Positions 56,796 through 64,000 of a DNA stretch of 64,000 nucleotides are shown here, in pieces. Source of the stretch: a virus. The notes below the pieces were generated by a model that saw only the letters and a list, made by a program, of their open reading frames with translations, was not told the DNA's origin and did no database searches. The stretch's first letter is position 1; each line of letters opens with the position of its first letter. Made by a program: the position numbers and the translations under genes. Location: positions 26,339 to 90,338 of the IMG/VR virus record IMGVR_UViG_3300028908_000006, one strand, 5' to 3'.

Positions 56796-58175
56796 TTAAG
56801 GGAGCGCTTTTAAACTCGCTGGTATAGTGCATTTTCTCATGAAGTCCCGTAGTTTGTCAAGATCTTCCTTGTAAATTCTGTAAACAGGATTCACGAAGCG
56901 GGAAGCAGAGACAAGATCAGTCTTCATGATGTGGGCAAGCCTGCAACAGGTCTTAATGTCTGCCCCAGTCCAGAATTCATCATTGGGTCTTGCCTTGGTT
57001 TCTACTTCATAGTAGCGGCCCCAGATCTCCCAGATAATTTCCTTCTCTTCTTCTGTTGGAAAGTCAAGCCCAAAGACTGCGTCCCATCTTTCTGATCTCA
57101 CGAACTCAGGTGGGATCTTTGAAACGTCATTACAGGTGGCGATTACATAGATTCCTTCTGGTCTTTCTTCAAGCCAGCGTAAGAAATAGGAGAAAACACG
57201 AGACCCAGTCCCACCATCAGAAAGATGAGAAGATCTGATTCCACCCATCCCTTTTTCTATCTCATCCACTATGAGCACACATGGTGTAAGCACTTCTATG
57301 AGCTGGAGCGCCCTTCTCATTCTTTCTTCAGACTGGCCCACAAGAGAACCAAATACGGCTCCAAAGTCAAAGATGACAGTTGGAAGGGAAAGAAAATTTC
57401 CTGTCGCTTTCCCAATAGCTGTTTTTCCAGTTCCAGGGATCCCAACGAGAAAGATACCTTTAGCGTCTGGATGATGGGCAGTCTCCTTGATGAATTCCTT
57501 GAGATTGTAAAGCCCACCAAGATATTCAAAACTGTCTTGTTCTGCTGGATGGTAGAGAGTAAGAACTTCTGTCTCCCTTATCCTTTCAAGCTTTAACTTT
57601 TCTACGAACTCACCTATTTCTTTCCCTGTCTTTTTACTATAAAGGATAGCCCTTCCAAAGTCGGTTATGGTTATCCCGGCAGGAACGTCGCCATTTAGGC
57701 TTACCCCGACACTATCAGCAAAAACCTTTATGTCTTCCCTGGCCGGATAACCAAAATCAACCACAAGGAAACTTCCTTTGAGTGTGGATGGGATGTCAAG
57801 GGTGTCGCTTATGAAGATGACAGACTCTCCTTCGTTCAGAAAACGGCTCTCGGAAATAAAGACCATGTCTATGGTATCAGGGCTCTTCAGGAAATGGTGG
57901 GCATTCAGGAAGATGATGTTCTTGATGGAAGTTGTGTCCAGGAACCACTTGAAGGCTCGCGGGAAGTCAAGGATTTTTTGCTTTACATCATATATATTCG
58001 TTGGATCAACGATCCCTTTAGATTTTGTCCACAATAGGACTTCTCGATCTTGTGAACGAAACTCTTGAGCAATTCTTTTAATAAGATACTGAGAATCAGG
58101 CGAAACGGCATAGGCGTAGGAATAAACATTTCCCAGGCCTTCAAAGAGGGTGTTGAGCTTATCGTGGTAGGACAT
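56796..58175 (-). CDS. AAA+ ATPase (Ycf46-like)
   Basis: GIPGTGKT, IVDEIEK, ATCND, PPEFVRSERWD. Confidence 0.9.
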   Translation of the reverse strand: MSYHDKLNTLFEGLGNVYSYAYAVSPDSQYLIKRIAQEFRSQDREVLLWTKSKGIVDPTNIYDVKQKILDFPRAFKWFLDTTSIKNIIFLNAHHFLKSPDTIDMVFISESRFLNEGESVIFISDTLDIPSTLKGSFLVVDFGYPAREDIKVFADSVGVSLNGDVPAGITITDFGRAILYSKKTGKEIGEFVEKLKLERIRETEVLTLYHPAEQDSFEYLGGLYNLKEFIKETAHHPDAKGIFLVGIPGTGKTAIGKATGNFLSLPTVIFDFGAVFGSLVGQSEERMRRALQLIEVLTPCVLIVDEIEKGMGGIRSSHLSDGGTGSRVFSYFLRWLEERPEGIYVIATCNDVSKIPPEFVRSERWDAVFGLDFPTEEEKEIIWEIWGRYYEVETKARPNDEFWTGADIKTCCRLAHIMKTDLVSASRFVNPVYRIYKEDLDKLRDFMRKCTIPASLKALP

Positions 58176-58243
58176 GAGGTCATTTTATCTCTGGTCCTTC
58201 TGCTTGTCAAGCTCATGAGTTAGGGACTGTACCATTTCTTTTT

Positions 58244-58594
58244 TTAAGATTTACTTTTTACATCCTTCAAATTCTTTTGTACCTTTTTCCGACGAAGTTT
58301 TTCAATATCAACAACTATAACTTCATCACACTCTTCAAGTATCTTTTTGATTTTATCCTCAGATCCCCACCAGCATTCACATCCATATATCTTTTTCCCA
58401 TTATCCAGAAGGATACATGGATTTTCCCTCTTGACTTTCTTCAGAGAAACCCCAAAAAATTTCACACTATCCGTTTCTGGTACCTGACATCCAAGATATG
58501 TACCAAAACCGAAAATTTTGGCTATTCGTTTTCCGTCTTTTTCTTCTATATAATTGATAGCTCCTACTCGATCCCCAATTTTGAGTATTTCCAC
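58244..58594 (-). CDS. hypothetical phage protein
   Basis: GGAGGT RBS; NPCILLDNGKKIYGCECWW. Confidence 0.75.
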   Translation of the reverse strand: MEILKIGDRVGAINYIEEKDGKRIAKIFGFGTYLGCQVPETDSVKFFGVSLKKVKRENPCILLDNGKKIYGCECWWGSEDKIKKILEECDEVIVVDIEKLRRKKVQKNLKDVKSKS

Positions 58595-58648
58595 AACTGC
58601 ACCTCCTTTCTGCTGAGTTCTATACCCATGTTATAGAAGGAAAAATAC

Positions 58649-59593
58649 CTAAAGTTCATGTCCAATACATTCATACCCATTCAAGTCTGTTATCCAAATA
58701 CGGTCTGCATATTTTGCGAGGTTACTCTTTTTTATAATTTTAGCAACATCTCCCCACTTCAATTCACCGGCACCACAACCTGGTTTAGGAAGTACAATCC
58801 GATTCCATTTATATTCCTTTATAAGTTCCGCCAACCCATTAGCAGATTTTAAAATGGTATCCAGGTCAGCTTTAAGGAGATAGCCAGGCACAAGATCTCC
58901 TGGTAGGAAACGGTTTCTAGCATGAGATACCAACTCACAGGGATATTGATCTTCTGCACGTTTTACCGGGAACGATACAATAGCAGTTTCTTGAACTTTC
59001 CCAAGTATCCCAGGGCAATTGCCGTTATGTATTAGATGCTTACCAAGCCTATATTCTATATCTGGTAACCATACTTTAGCTTGGTAAGCCACTCCACGGC
59101 CCATCACACCGCGTGGTTTTCTAGTTTTCTTATCCCGGACCACAAAACCATTTGTAGTCACACAAATAGCATCAGATTTCCCTAACATAAACCAAATAGA
59201 AAAGTATTCTGTTCTGATAATCTTCATTCGAACTAGCTTATTGAATTTGTGAGCAGTAATTATTGTATGAGCTGTCCCTCGTGAAACACCATCCCAGAGG
59301 GCAATAATCAGATCAGAGGCCTCAACCATTTTGTGGTTGCGGATCAATCCTGCTCTCTTACCATACCGATACCAATCTGGTAGAAACCTTTTAATAGGAA
59401 TACCTTTATTACTTGCCCACTTTTCTGCAAGACGATCAACGCCACTAGCACCGCCAGAAATGATCGTTACCCGAGTGAGATCCAAATCTGCCGTAAGGTG
59501 GTTAAGATAGTGAAATACACTATCCTGGTCAGTAATAGAACGACTACCACAAATACAAACTCTCATAACTTTAACGATCTCCCATTCAGACAC
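58649..59593 (-). CDS. YspA-type SLOG domain fused to DarG/Poa1-like macrodomain
   Basis: CGSR, ISGGASGVD, RNHKMV, WDGVSRGT; then VTTNG, VMGRGVA, SFPVK, LPKPGCGAGELKW. Confidence 0.85.
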   Translation of the reverse strand: MSEWEIVKVMRVCICGSRSITDQDSVFHYLNHLTADLDLTRVTIISGGASGVDRLAEKWASNKGIPIKRFLPDWYRYGKRAGLIRNHKMVEASDLIIALWDGVSRGTAHTIITAHKFNKLVRMKIIRTEYFSIWFMLGKSDAICVTTNGFVVRDKKTRKPRGVMGRGVAYQAKVWLPDIEYRLGKHLIHNGNCPGILGKVQETAIVSFPVKRAEDQYPCELVSHARNRFLPGDLVPGYLLKADLDTILKSANGLAELIKEYKWNRIVLPKPGCGAGELKWGDVAKIIKKSNLAKYADRIWITDLNGYECIGHEL

Positions 59594-59644
59594 CCCATTC
59601 GGGCTTTGATGTGGATTATGATGCCCTCTGGGAGTATATCACCA

Positions 59645-61225
59645 TTACTTTAAATATTTTTCCTTGATTCTTTCTACTAGTCTTCGAATGTCTCCATCCC
59701 AAAGCTCAAGATAGCTGAACAGTCCTGGAGTCAGTTCAGAGATTCTTAGAACCTGTGGATGTTTGATTACTACACCACCTTTCGTCCCCATGTAGGCAAC
59801 ATTGCAGATTGCTACCTTCTGCTTTGCCTTGTTTGGTAGATATTCAAGTTCCCATGTTCTATTCTCTCGATCATCCCTGGTGATTTCATCTGAAATAATG
59901 ATATACAAATCAGCATCTGGAATATGACGGGTAAAATCTTTATATGCGTCAACAAGAGCCGTCCCGTTATGTGGTGTTCCATGAAATCTCTCATGCAAGA
60001 ATTGACTTAGCATGAACACGCTTTCCGTTCTAGCAATCATGTCCTTGATTTCCTCAAGATCAATTGTAGGCCAATGCTTACCATACAAACCTGGAGGCTC
60101 TATTTTACTCAAATACAGTTTACTGGTAAACGCACCGAGTTCAACAACAGTATACAACCCACCTATTACAGCCAGAAACTCAACCGCTCTTGTGATCCCA
60201 TATCCGTCCATTGATCCTGAAACATCAAGAAGAACAGCAGCTTTCTTTTCCTTCGTGCCTAACCTGTTTGCCCAGTAACTCACATAGCAATCCACCATCT
60301 CTTTTACTACATCCTGTAGGGCACCAAACTTTTTCCAGGAGTCGGATCTTGGAAGCGCCAGAAGATCAAATGGATTGACGACAGCAAGCGCTCGCGAATC
60401 TTCCTTTTTAAGAGCCTCAAGAACGCTTTTGAACCTTTCACGAATTTTAAGCTTCACCTCAAAATCAGAATCCGCAAATTGAGAAAGGTTCCTTACAAGA
60501 GCATTGAACGGTATTTTGTCGATCTGGTCTTCAAGTATCTCTTTCTTCTCCTTATCGGAAAGCTCGGTTGAAGAAAGAGTGGCCGTTATATGCTCATCCT
60601 TCTTTAAAGAAGCATACGGATCATTTTCTATAATGGTTTTGTAAAGCCTTGATCTCTCTTCAGAGGTAGGTCTCGGGCGAAATACTTTTATCAGGTCGGC
60701 CAGCTTTATCTTTCGCCTTCGCATTCGGTTCTTCTTAAGGGTGTATTCGTCATAAGATTCAAGAACGGCCTTAAAAAGGCCTTTATATGGAATAGACGCG
60801 AAAGATTTCACCCCAGCAAGCTGCTTGTAAACAGCTACCGCTTCAGCCATCCGTTTAGGGGTATCTATTATTCTGGCTGAAATGAAATTTGGAAGGTGTT
60901 TCCAGTCAGATTTCTTAGCAAGAAGAAATCCAATGACAGCCATAGGAGAAAGTTTGCGCCCGTGTTCAAAGCGAAGGTAAGGAACCAGCGCTTCCAAGAA
61001 CTCCGGATCTTGTTTGTAAACCTCTTCAAGAGTTTCCAGGAAGCTCTGAAATCGCTCTTCATCCGTATAATAGAAGGTTCTGCGTGGTCTAAGGTTGAGG
61101 CTCATTCCAGAAAGGATTGCGGCTCGAAATACATCATCTTTCCAGACAACAGCACCTTCAGGGTTTACTACCATGTCCTTTGGAAGAGAATTCTTGGAAA
61201 GGCTGGCTTTGGGATTGAGCTCCAT
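59645..61225 (-). CDS. Ro60/Rsr-like TROVE + vWA protein
   Basis: TFYY..DPEF..Y.R, DEYTLKK..KLADLIK..P, ALVRNL, MIDAS LDVSGSM, IISDE. Confidence 0.85.
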   Translation of the reverse strand: MELNPKASLSKNSLPKDMVVNPEGAVVWKDDVFRAAILSGMSLNLRPRRTFYYTDEERFQSFLETLEEVYKQDPEFLEALVPYLRFEHGRKLSPMAVIGFLLAKKSDWKHLPNFISARIIDTPKRMAEAVAVYKQLAGVKSFASIPYKGLFKAVLESYDEYTLKKNRMRRRKIKLADLIKVFRPRPTSEERSRLYKTIIENDPYASLKKDEHITATLSSTELSDKEKKEILEDQIDKIPFNALVRNLSQFADSDFEVKLKIRERFKSVLEALKKEDSRALAVVNPFDLLALPRSDSWKKFGALQDVVKEMVDCYVSYWANRLGTKEKKAAVLLDVSGSMDGYGITRAVEFLAVIGGLYTVVELGAFTSKLYLSKIEPPGLYGKHWPTIDLEEIKDMIARTESVFMLSQFLHERFHGTPHNGTALVDAYKDFTRHIPDADLYIIISDEITRDDRENRTWELEYLPNKAKQKVAICNVAYMGTKGGVVIKHPQVLRISELTPGLFSYLELWDGDIRRLVERIKEKYLK

Positions 61226-61244
61226 GACGTGACCTCCTTAAAAA

Positions 61245-61316
61245 GAAAATCGGCTGGGATTTTACGGTCCCGCAAACCGTTGCACTTTAGTGCAAGCCTA
61301 TGTAATCCCCGCCTGC
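61245..61316 (-). ncRNA. Y-RNA-like module 3 (anticodon-like loop GCG)
   Basis: GGCGGGGATT..AATCCCAGCC stem enclosing GCAC-TAAA-GTGC and ACGGT-TTGCGGG-ACCGT. Confidence 0.75.
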
Positions 61317-61342
61317 TTATAGCCTCTTGTCTCCTTTGAGAA

Positions 61343-61415
61343 GAAATCGGCGAGGACATCTAGACGGCCTTAAAAGGCTATCACCCCAATGGTGTCCTAT
61401 GTAGTCCTCGCCTGC
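61343..61415 (-). ncRNA. Y-RNA-like module 2 (CTTTTAA, Lys-like loop)
   Basis: GGCGAGGAC..GTCCTCGCC stem enclosing CACC-ATTGG-GGTG and GCC-TTTTAA-GGC. Confidence 0.72.
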
Positions 61416-61427
61416 CATAAACAGATC

Positions 61428-61498
61428 GAAATCGGTGGGGATTCTACGGTTTACAAAACCGTTGCACTTTAGTGCAAGCCTATGTAGTCCCCACCTAC
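61428..61498 (-). ncRNA. Y-RNA-like module 1 (anticodon-like loop TGT)
   Basis: GGTGGGGA..TCCCCACC stem enclosing GCAC-TAAA-GTGC and ACGGT-TTTGTAA-ACCGT. Confidence 0.78.
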
Positions 61499-61508
61499 AT
61501 TGTTGTTC

Positions 61509-61537
61509 TTTATATCACGTCACGTAGAAGGTGTCAA
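61509..61537 (-). promoter_or_regulatory. strong sigma70 promoter for RNA array and Ro60 operon
   Basis: TTGACA-17 nt-TATAAA with extended -10 TGn; predicted start near 61502. Confidence 0.85.
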
Positions 61538-61808
61538 GAGCTTTTTTGAAATTTTCCCATTGCGTAAGCTCTCGTTTCCGTTTTTCCACTACATCCTTCA
61601 TTCCTTCTTCCATAGCCGTTTCAATCCGAATTTTCAAATCATCAATAATTTTTTGGAGTGTTTCTTGAACTTTACTACTTAAAGCAATCTTTTCAACAAT
61701 TTGGTAGCAGAAAAACAAAGCTATCTCCTCTTCATAGGTAGAGAACAAACTATCAGGGATAGAAATTTCCACTTTTACATTCTTATCTGTTGACCTAAGC
61801 CACAACAT
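61515..61808 (-). CDS. hypothetical protein
   Basis: GGAGG RBS. Confidence 0.7.
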   Translation of the reverse strand: MLWLRSTDKNVKVEISIPDSLFSTYEEEIALFFCYQIVEKIALSSKVQETLQKIIDDLKIRIETAMEEGMKDVVEKRKRELTQWENFKKALDTFYVT

Positions 61809-61823
61809 ATTACCCTCCAGTAG

Positions 61824-62351
61824 CTACAACCTTTTCACTAGTTCCTTTATCAGCAATCTTACAAAATAAGGACTTCTACCATCTGCCAGCACTTTTTGGT
61901 ATAGCACTTCAAGATAGAGCCCAAGCCTATCCATTCGTTCGAGTGCAATTGCTTGTTTAAATTGACTCTCAATATCTGTTGGAACGATTAATTTTTCAAG
62001 CCCTTTTTCTGAAACTTCCTTACGGATCTCGTATTCTCTCATGATAGCGTTATACCGATCAAACGGCAAGACGCCAACCAGTTTCTCCCTTGGGTCTATC
62101 CCACAGGAACGAAAGGCTTCTTCAAGGAGCTCTGCCACTTCCTTTTTCTCTTCGATAATCTTTGTAGGCATACAAATATAATTTGGTGTTGTTCCTTTTG
62201 TGAAAGCCCCGCACCAACAGATTTTCTTTACATTATAGCTCTCCGCTCCACAGGTAAAACATTTATAGATCTTTCCACTTGGTGACATTTCAGATGTTAT
62301 CATAATTCGTGATCCACATTTTCTACATAGATGATCTACCGGTTCCCACAT
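61824..62351 (-). CDS. Zn-ribbon protein
   Basis: CRKCG, CFTCG, CWCG. Confidence 0.7.
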   Translation of the reverse strand: MWEPVDHLCRKCGSRIMITSEMSPSGKIYKCFTCGAESYNVKKICWCGAFTKGTTPNYICMPTKIIEEKKEVAELLEEAFRSCGIDPREKLVGVLPFDRYNAIMREYEIRKEVSEKGLEKLIVPTDIESQFKQAIALERMDRLGLYLEVLYQKVLADGRSPYFVRLLIKELVKRL

Positions 62352-62470
62352 AGTTCACTCCCATGTTTTAAATTTTACTTTGTTTAGAAACCCTATCGTT
62401 TATTTTGTTGATAATTTCCTTTGCAGCCGCAAGACAAAGATTTTCGCCATTTATTCTGTAAACGATCTTT

Positions 62471-63043
62471 TTATCTTGCCACATAGGTCATTTTATTATT
62501 GATCTTCTTTAGGACAGAATTAAAGGTAATATCATCGTCTGCGAATCTCTTTTTTATATAATTATTATAGAAATCACTTTCCAATTTATTTTTTATTTCA
62601 ATAGTTTTAGAGCCAAATTTAAGCTTGAATATATCAATCTTTTTTATGGAAAAATCACTATCATCTATGAAATACGGCCTCATTACTATATTATTGTCCT
62701 TAAACTTATCAAGATTGGTTTTTAATATATTATGGATCTTAATAACATAGTTCCTATGTTTATGTAACACCATAACAAAAATATAATCCCTATGAACACA
62801 AATTGCTGGAATCAAAAATACATCTTTTAAAGGTATTTTGTTTTCACAAAGAAGACAGTTATCTCCTCTACAAACGGTATTCTTACCGACCAATTCTTTA
62901 GTAACATGATACTTTAAATAATATAGATATGACGGATCGTTTATTTGTGTTGAAAAGAAAATTATTGGTCTAAAAATCATAAGCAAACAAACCATACTCC
63001 AAGAATCTGATTCTAACTGTAACAACCATATATCACCTACCAC
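62471..63043 (-). CDS. AT-rich hypothetical protein, possible gp32-like SSB Zn motif
   Basis: YH..VCRGDNCLLCE. Confidence 0.45.
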   Translation of the reverse strand: MVGDIWLLQLESDSWSMVCLLMIFRPIIFFSTQINDPSYLYYLKYHVTKELVGKNTVCRGDNCLLCENKIPLKDVFLIPAICVHRDYIFVMVLHKHRNYVIKIHNILKTNLDKFKDNNIVMRPYFIDDSDFSIKKIDIFKLKFGSKTIEIKNKLESDFYNNYIKKRFADDDITFNSVLKKINNKMTYVAR

Positions 63044-63555
63044 TCTGTTACGATTTTGATTCCTTCATAGTCTTTCAGTTTGTAATACAACCACTCATGG
63101 AAACGACTGACATCCGGTGATGCTTCCGGGATGATGACCATGTATCCGTTATTCTTCTTTAGGATTTCTATACTATCCTTATTTTGAAAAAGAGCAAGCC
63201 AATTGACCGGTTCGTTCTCAAGCCCTTCTTCCGCTAATTTTCTTTTGTCTATGCTGTAATTACCATGTTCATCCCTATAGAACAGTTCTGAGATAGCTTT
63301 TATTACAACAGATTTGACTTCTTCCGTTGCTTTGTTTATGAGTGGTTCCCTTTCCAAGACACGGATATGATTTTCAAGCTCACAAACAGGGCACTTAACA
63401 TAGTGGCACTTGCATTCCTTTCCGCCTTTACATCCATCATACCGCACATACACCTTACCGAAGGTTTCATTTTCTACATGGATTTTCTTACCAAACTCCT
63501 GCTCCCATACATTCCCACAATTCATACAATCAAACTTGACTTTGAACCTAGCCAT
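63037..63555 (-). CDS. Zn-finger protein
   Basis: CMNCG, CPVCE; GGAGG RBS. Confidence 0.7.
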   Translation of the reverse strand: MARFKVKFDCMNCGNVWEQEFGKKIHVENETFGKVYVRYDGCKGGKECKCHYVKCPVCELENHIRVLEREPLINKATEEVKSVVIKAISELFYRDEHGNYSIDKRKLAEEGLENEPVNWLALFQNKDSIEILKKNNGYMVIIPEASPDVSRFHEWLYYKLKDYEGIKIVTEW

Positions 63556-63568
63556 TCTTGGCCTCCAT

Positions 63569-63754
63569 CTATTTCACTTTGGCTTCAACCGAAACAAATA
63601 CATTGCGTTTACTATTTCCTATTTCCTGAACTGGAATGATTGTTATACTTTCAACACATACGCAATTGTTGAATTTGGCCTCGAACTCTTCTATCAGTTC
63701 TTTTACCTTCTCTTCTAAAGACCGCTTTTCATATATGAGTGTTTTAAGATCCAT
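63569..63754 (-). CDS. hypothetical protein
   Basis: 61-aa ORF in operon. Confidence 0.6.
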   Translation of the reverse strand: MDLKTLIYEKRSLEEKVKELIEEFEAKFNNCVCVESITIIPVQEIGNSKRNVFVSVEAKVK

Positions 63755-64000
63755 AATACGGCCCTTTTCGAAAGATATACTGAGTGTTATTTATCCCAAC
63801 ATGACTAAGAGAAGGGTTACCCCAATCGTATTCTTGATGGGAACTATATTTTATACGATGCATTCCTTCAGCCAACAAATCATATTTTACATTTAAAATT
63901 TTAAATTCTCTATTTATTTCTTCTATATCTTTTTTAAAAGATTTTATCTCATTCTTCAAAGATATTATCTCTTCCTTAAGAAGGGATATTTCTCTTTCAA
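63744..64000 (-). CDS. hypothetical protein, probably truncated by window edge
   Basis: Frame stays open to the window end. Confidence 0.5.
   Translation of the reverse strand, partial: EREISLLKEEIISLKNEIKSFKKDIEEINREFKILNVKYDLLAEGMHRIKYSSHQEYDWGNPSLSHVGINNTQYIFRKGPYYGS

Noticed and set aside
61245-61498. Three repeats as a mini CRISPR array, true tRNAs or hammerhead ribozymes
   Set aside because: Variation lies inside structured units rather than in spacers, and there are no cas genes; no T-loop GTTCRA or acceptor CCA; no CTGANGA core.
1-64000. Archaeal host or alternative genetic code
   Set aside because: Peptidoglycan amidase, holins and sigma70 promoters indicate a bacterial host; long genes are intact in the standard code and all three stop codons are used.

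Overview
About 64 kb of a tailed dsDNA bacteriophage genome, most likely a siphovirus: tail tube and a 2299-aa tape measure, no sheath. The host is bacterial (sigma70 promoters, GGAGG RBSs, Amidase_3, holins); a thermophilic host is only an inference. No integrase, CRISPR array or reverse transcriptase is seen. Layout: nucleotide genes (pyrE-like, thyX); a leftward early block (SNF2 helicase, beta-clamp-like, JAB protease, many hypotheticals); a ~2 kb divergence region with skew switch, Fur-box-like palindrome and ~11 TATGCCCATA repeats; speD and two tRNAs; head module (portal, scaffold, SSV1-VP2-like basic protein, terminases, capsid); tail module with an embedded tRNA-Pro; an IscB/omegaRNA element after the tail-fibre gene; lysis genes and a second fibre cassette; and a leftward block with a dUTPase fusion, DUF2997/DUF1257/AAA, a SLOG-macrodomain fusion and a Ro60/TROVE protein. 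Top candidate novel system: a near-consensus promoter driving three tandem ~72-nt Y-RNA-like modules directly upstream of the Ro60 gene. Each carries a tRNA D-arm plus anticodon-arm mimic with a different loop (UGU, UUU-like, GCG), and one matches the phage's own tRNA-Thr with compensatory changes. All family calls come from motif recognition by eye, not database searches.
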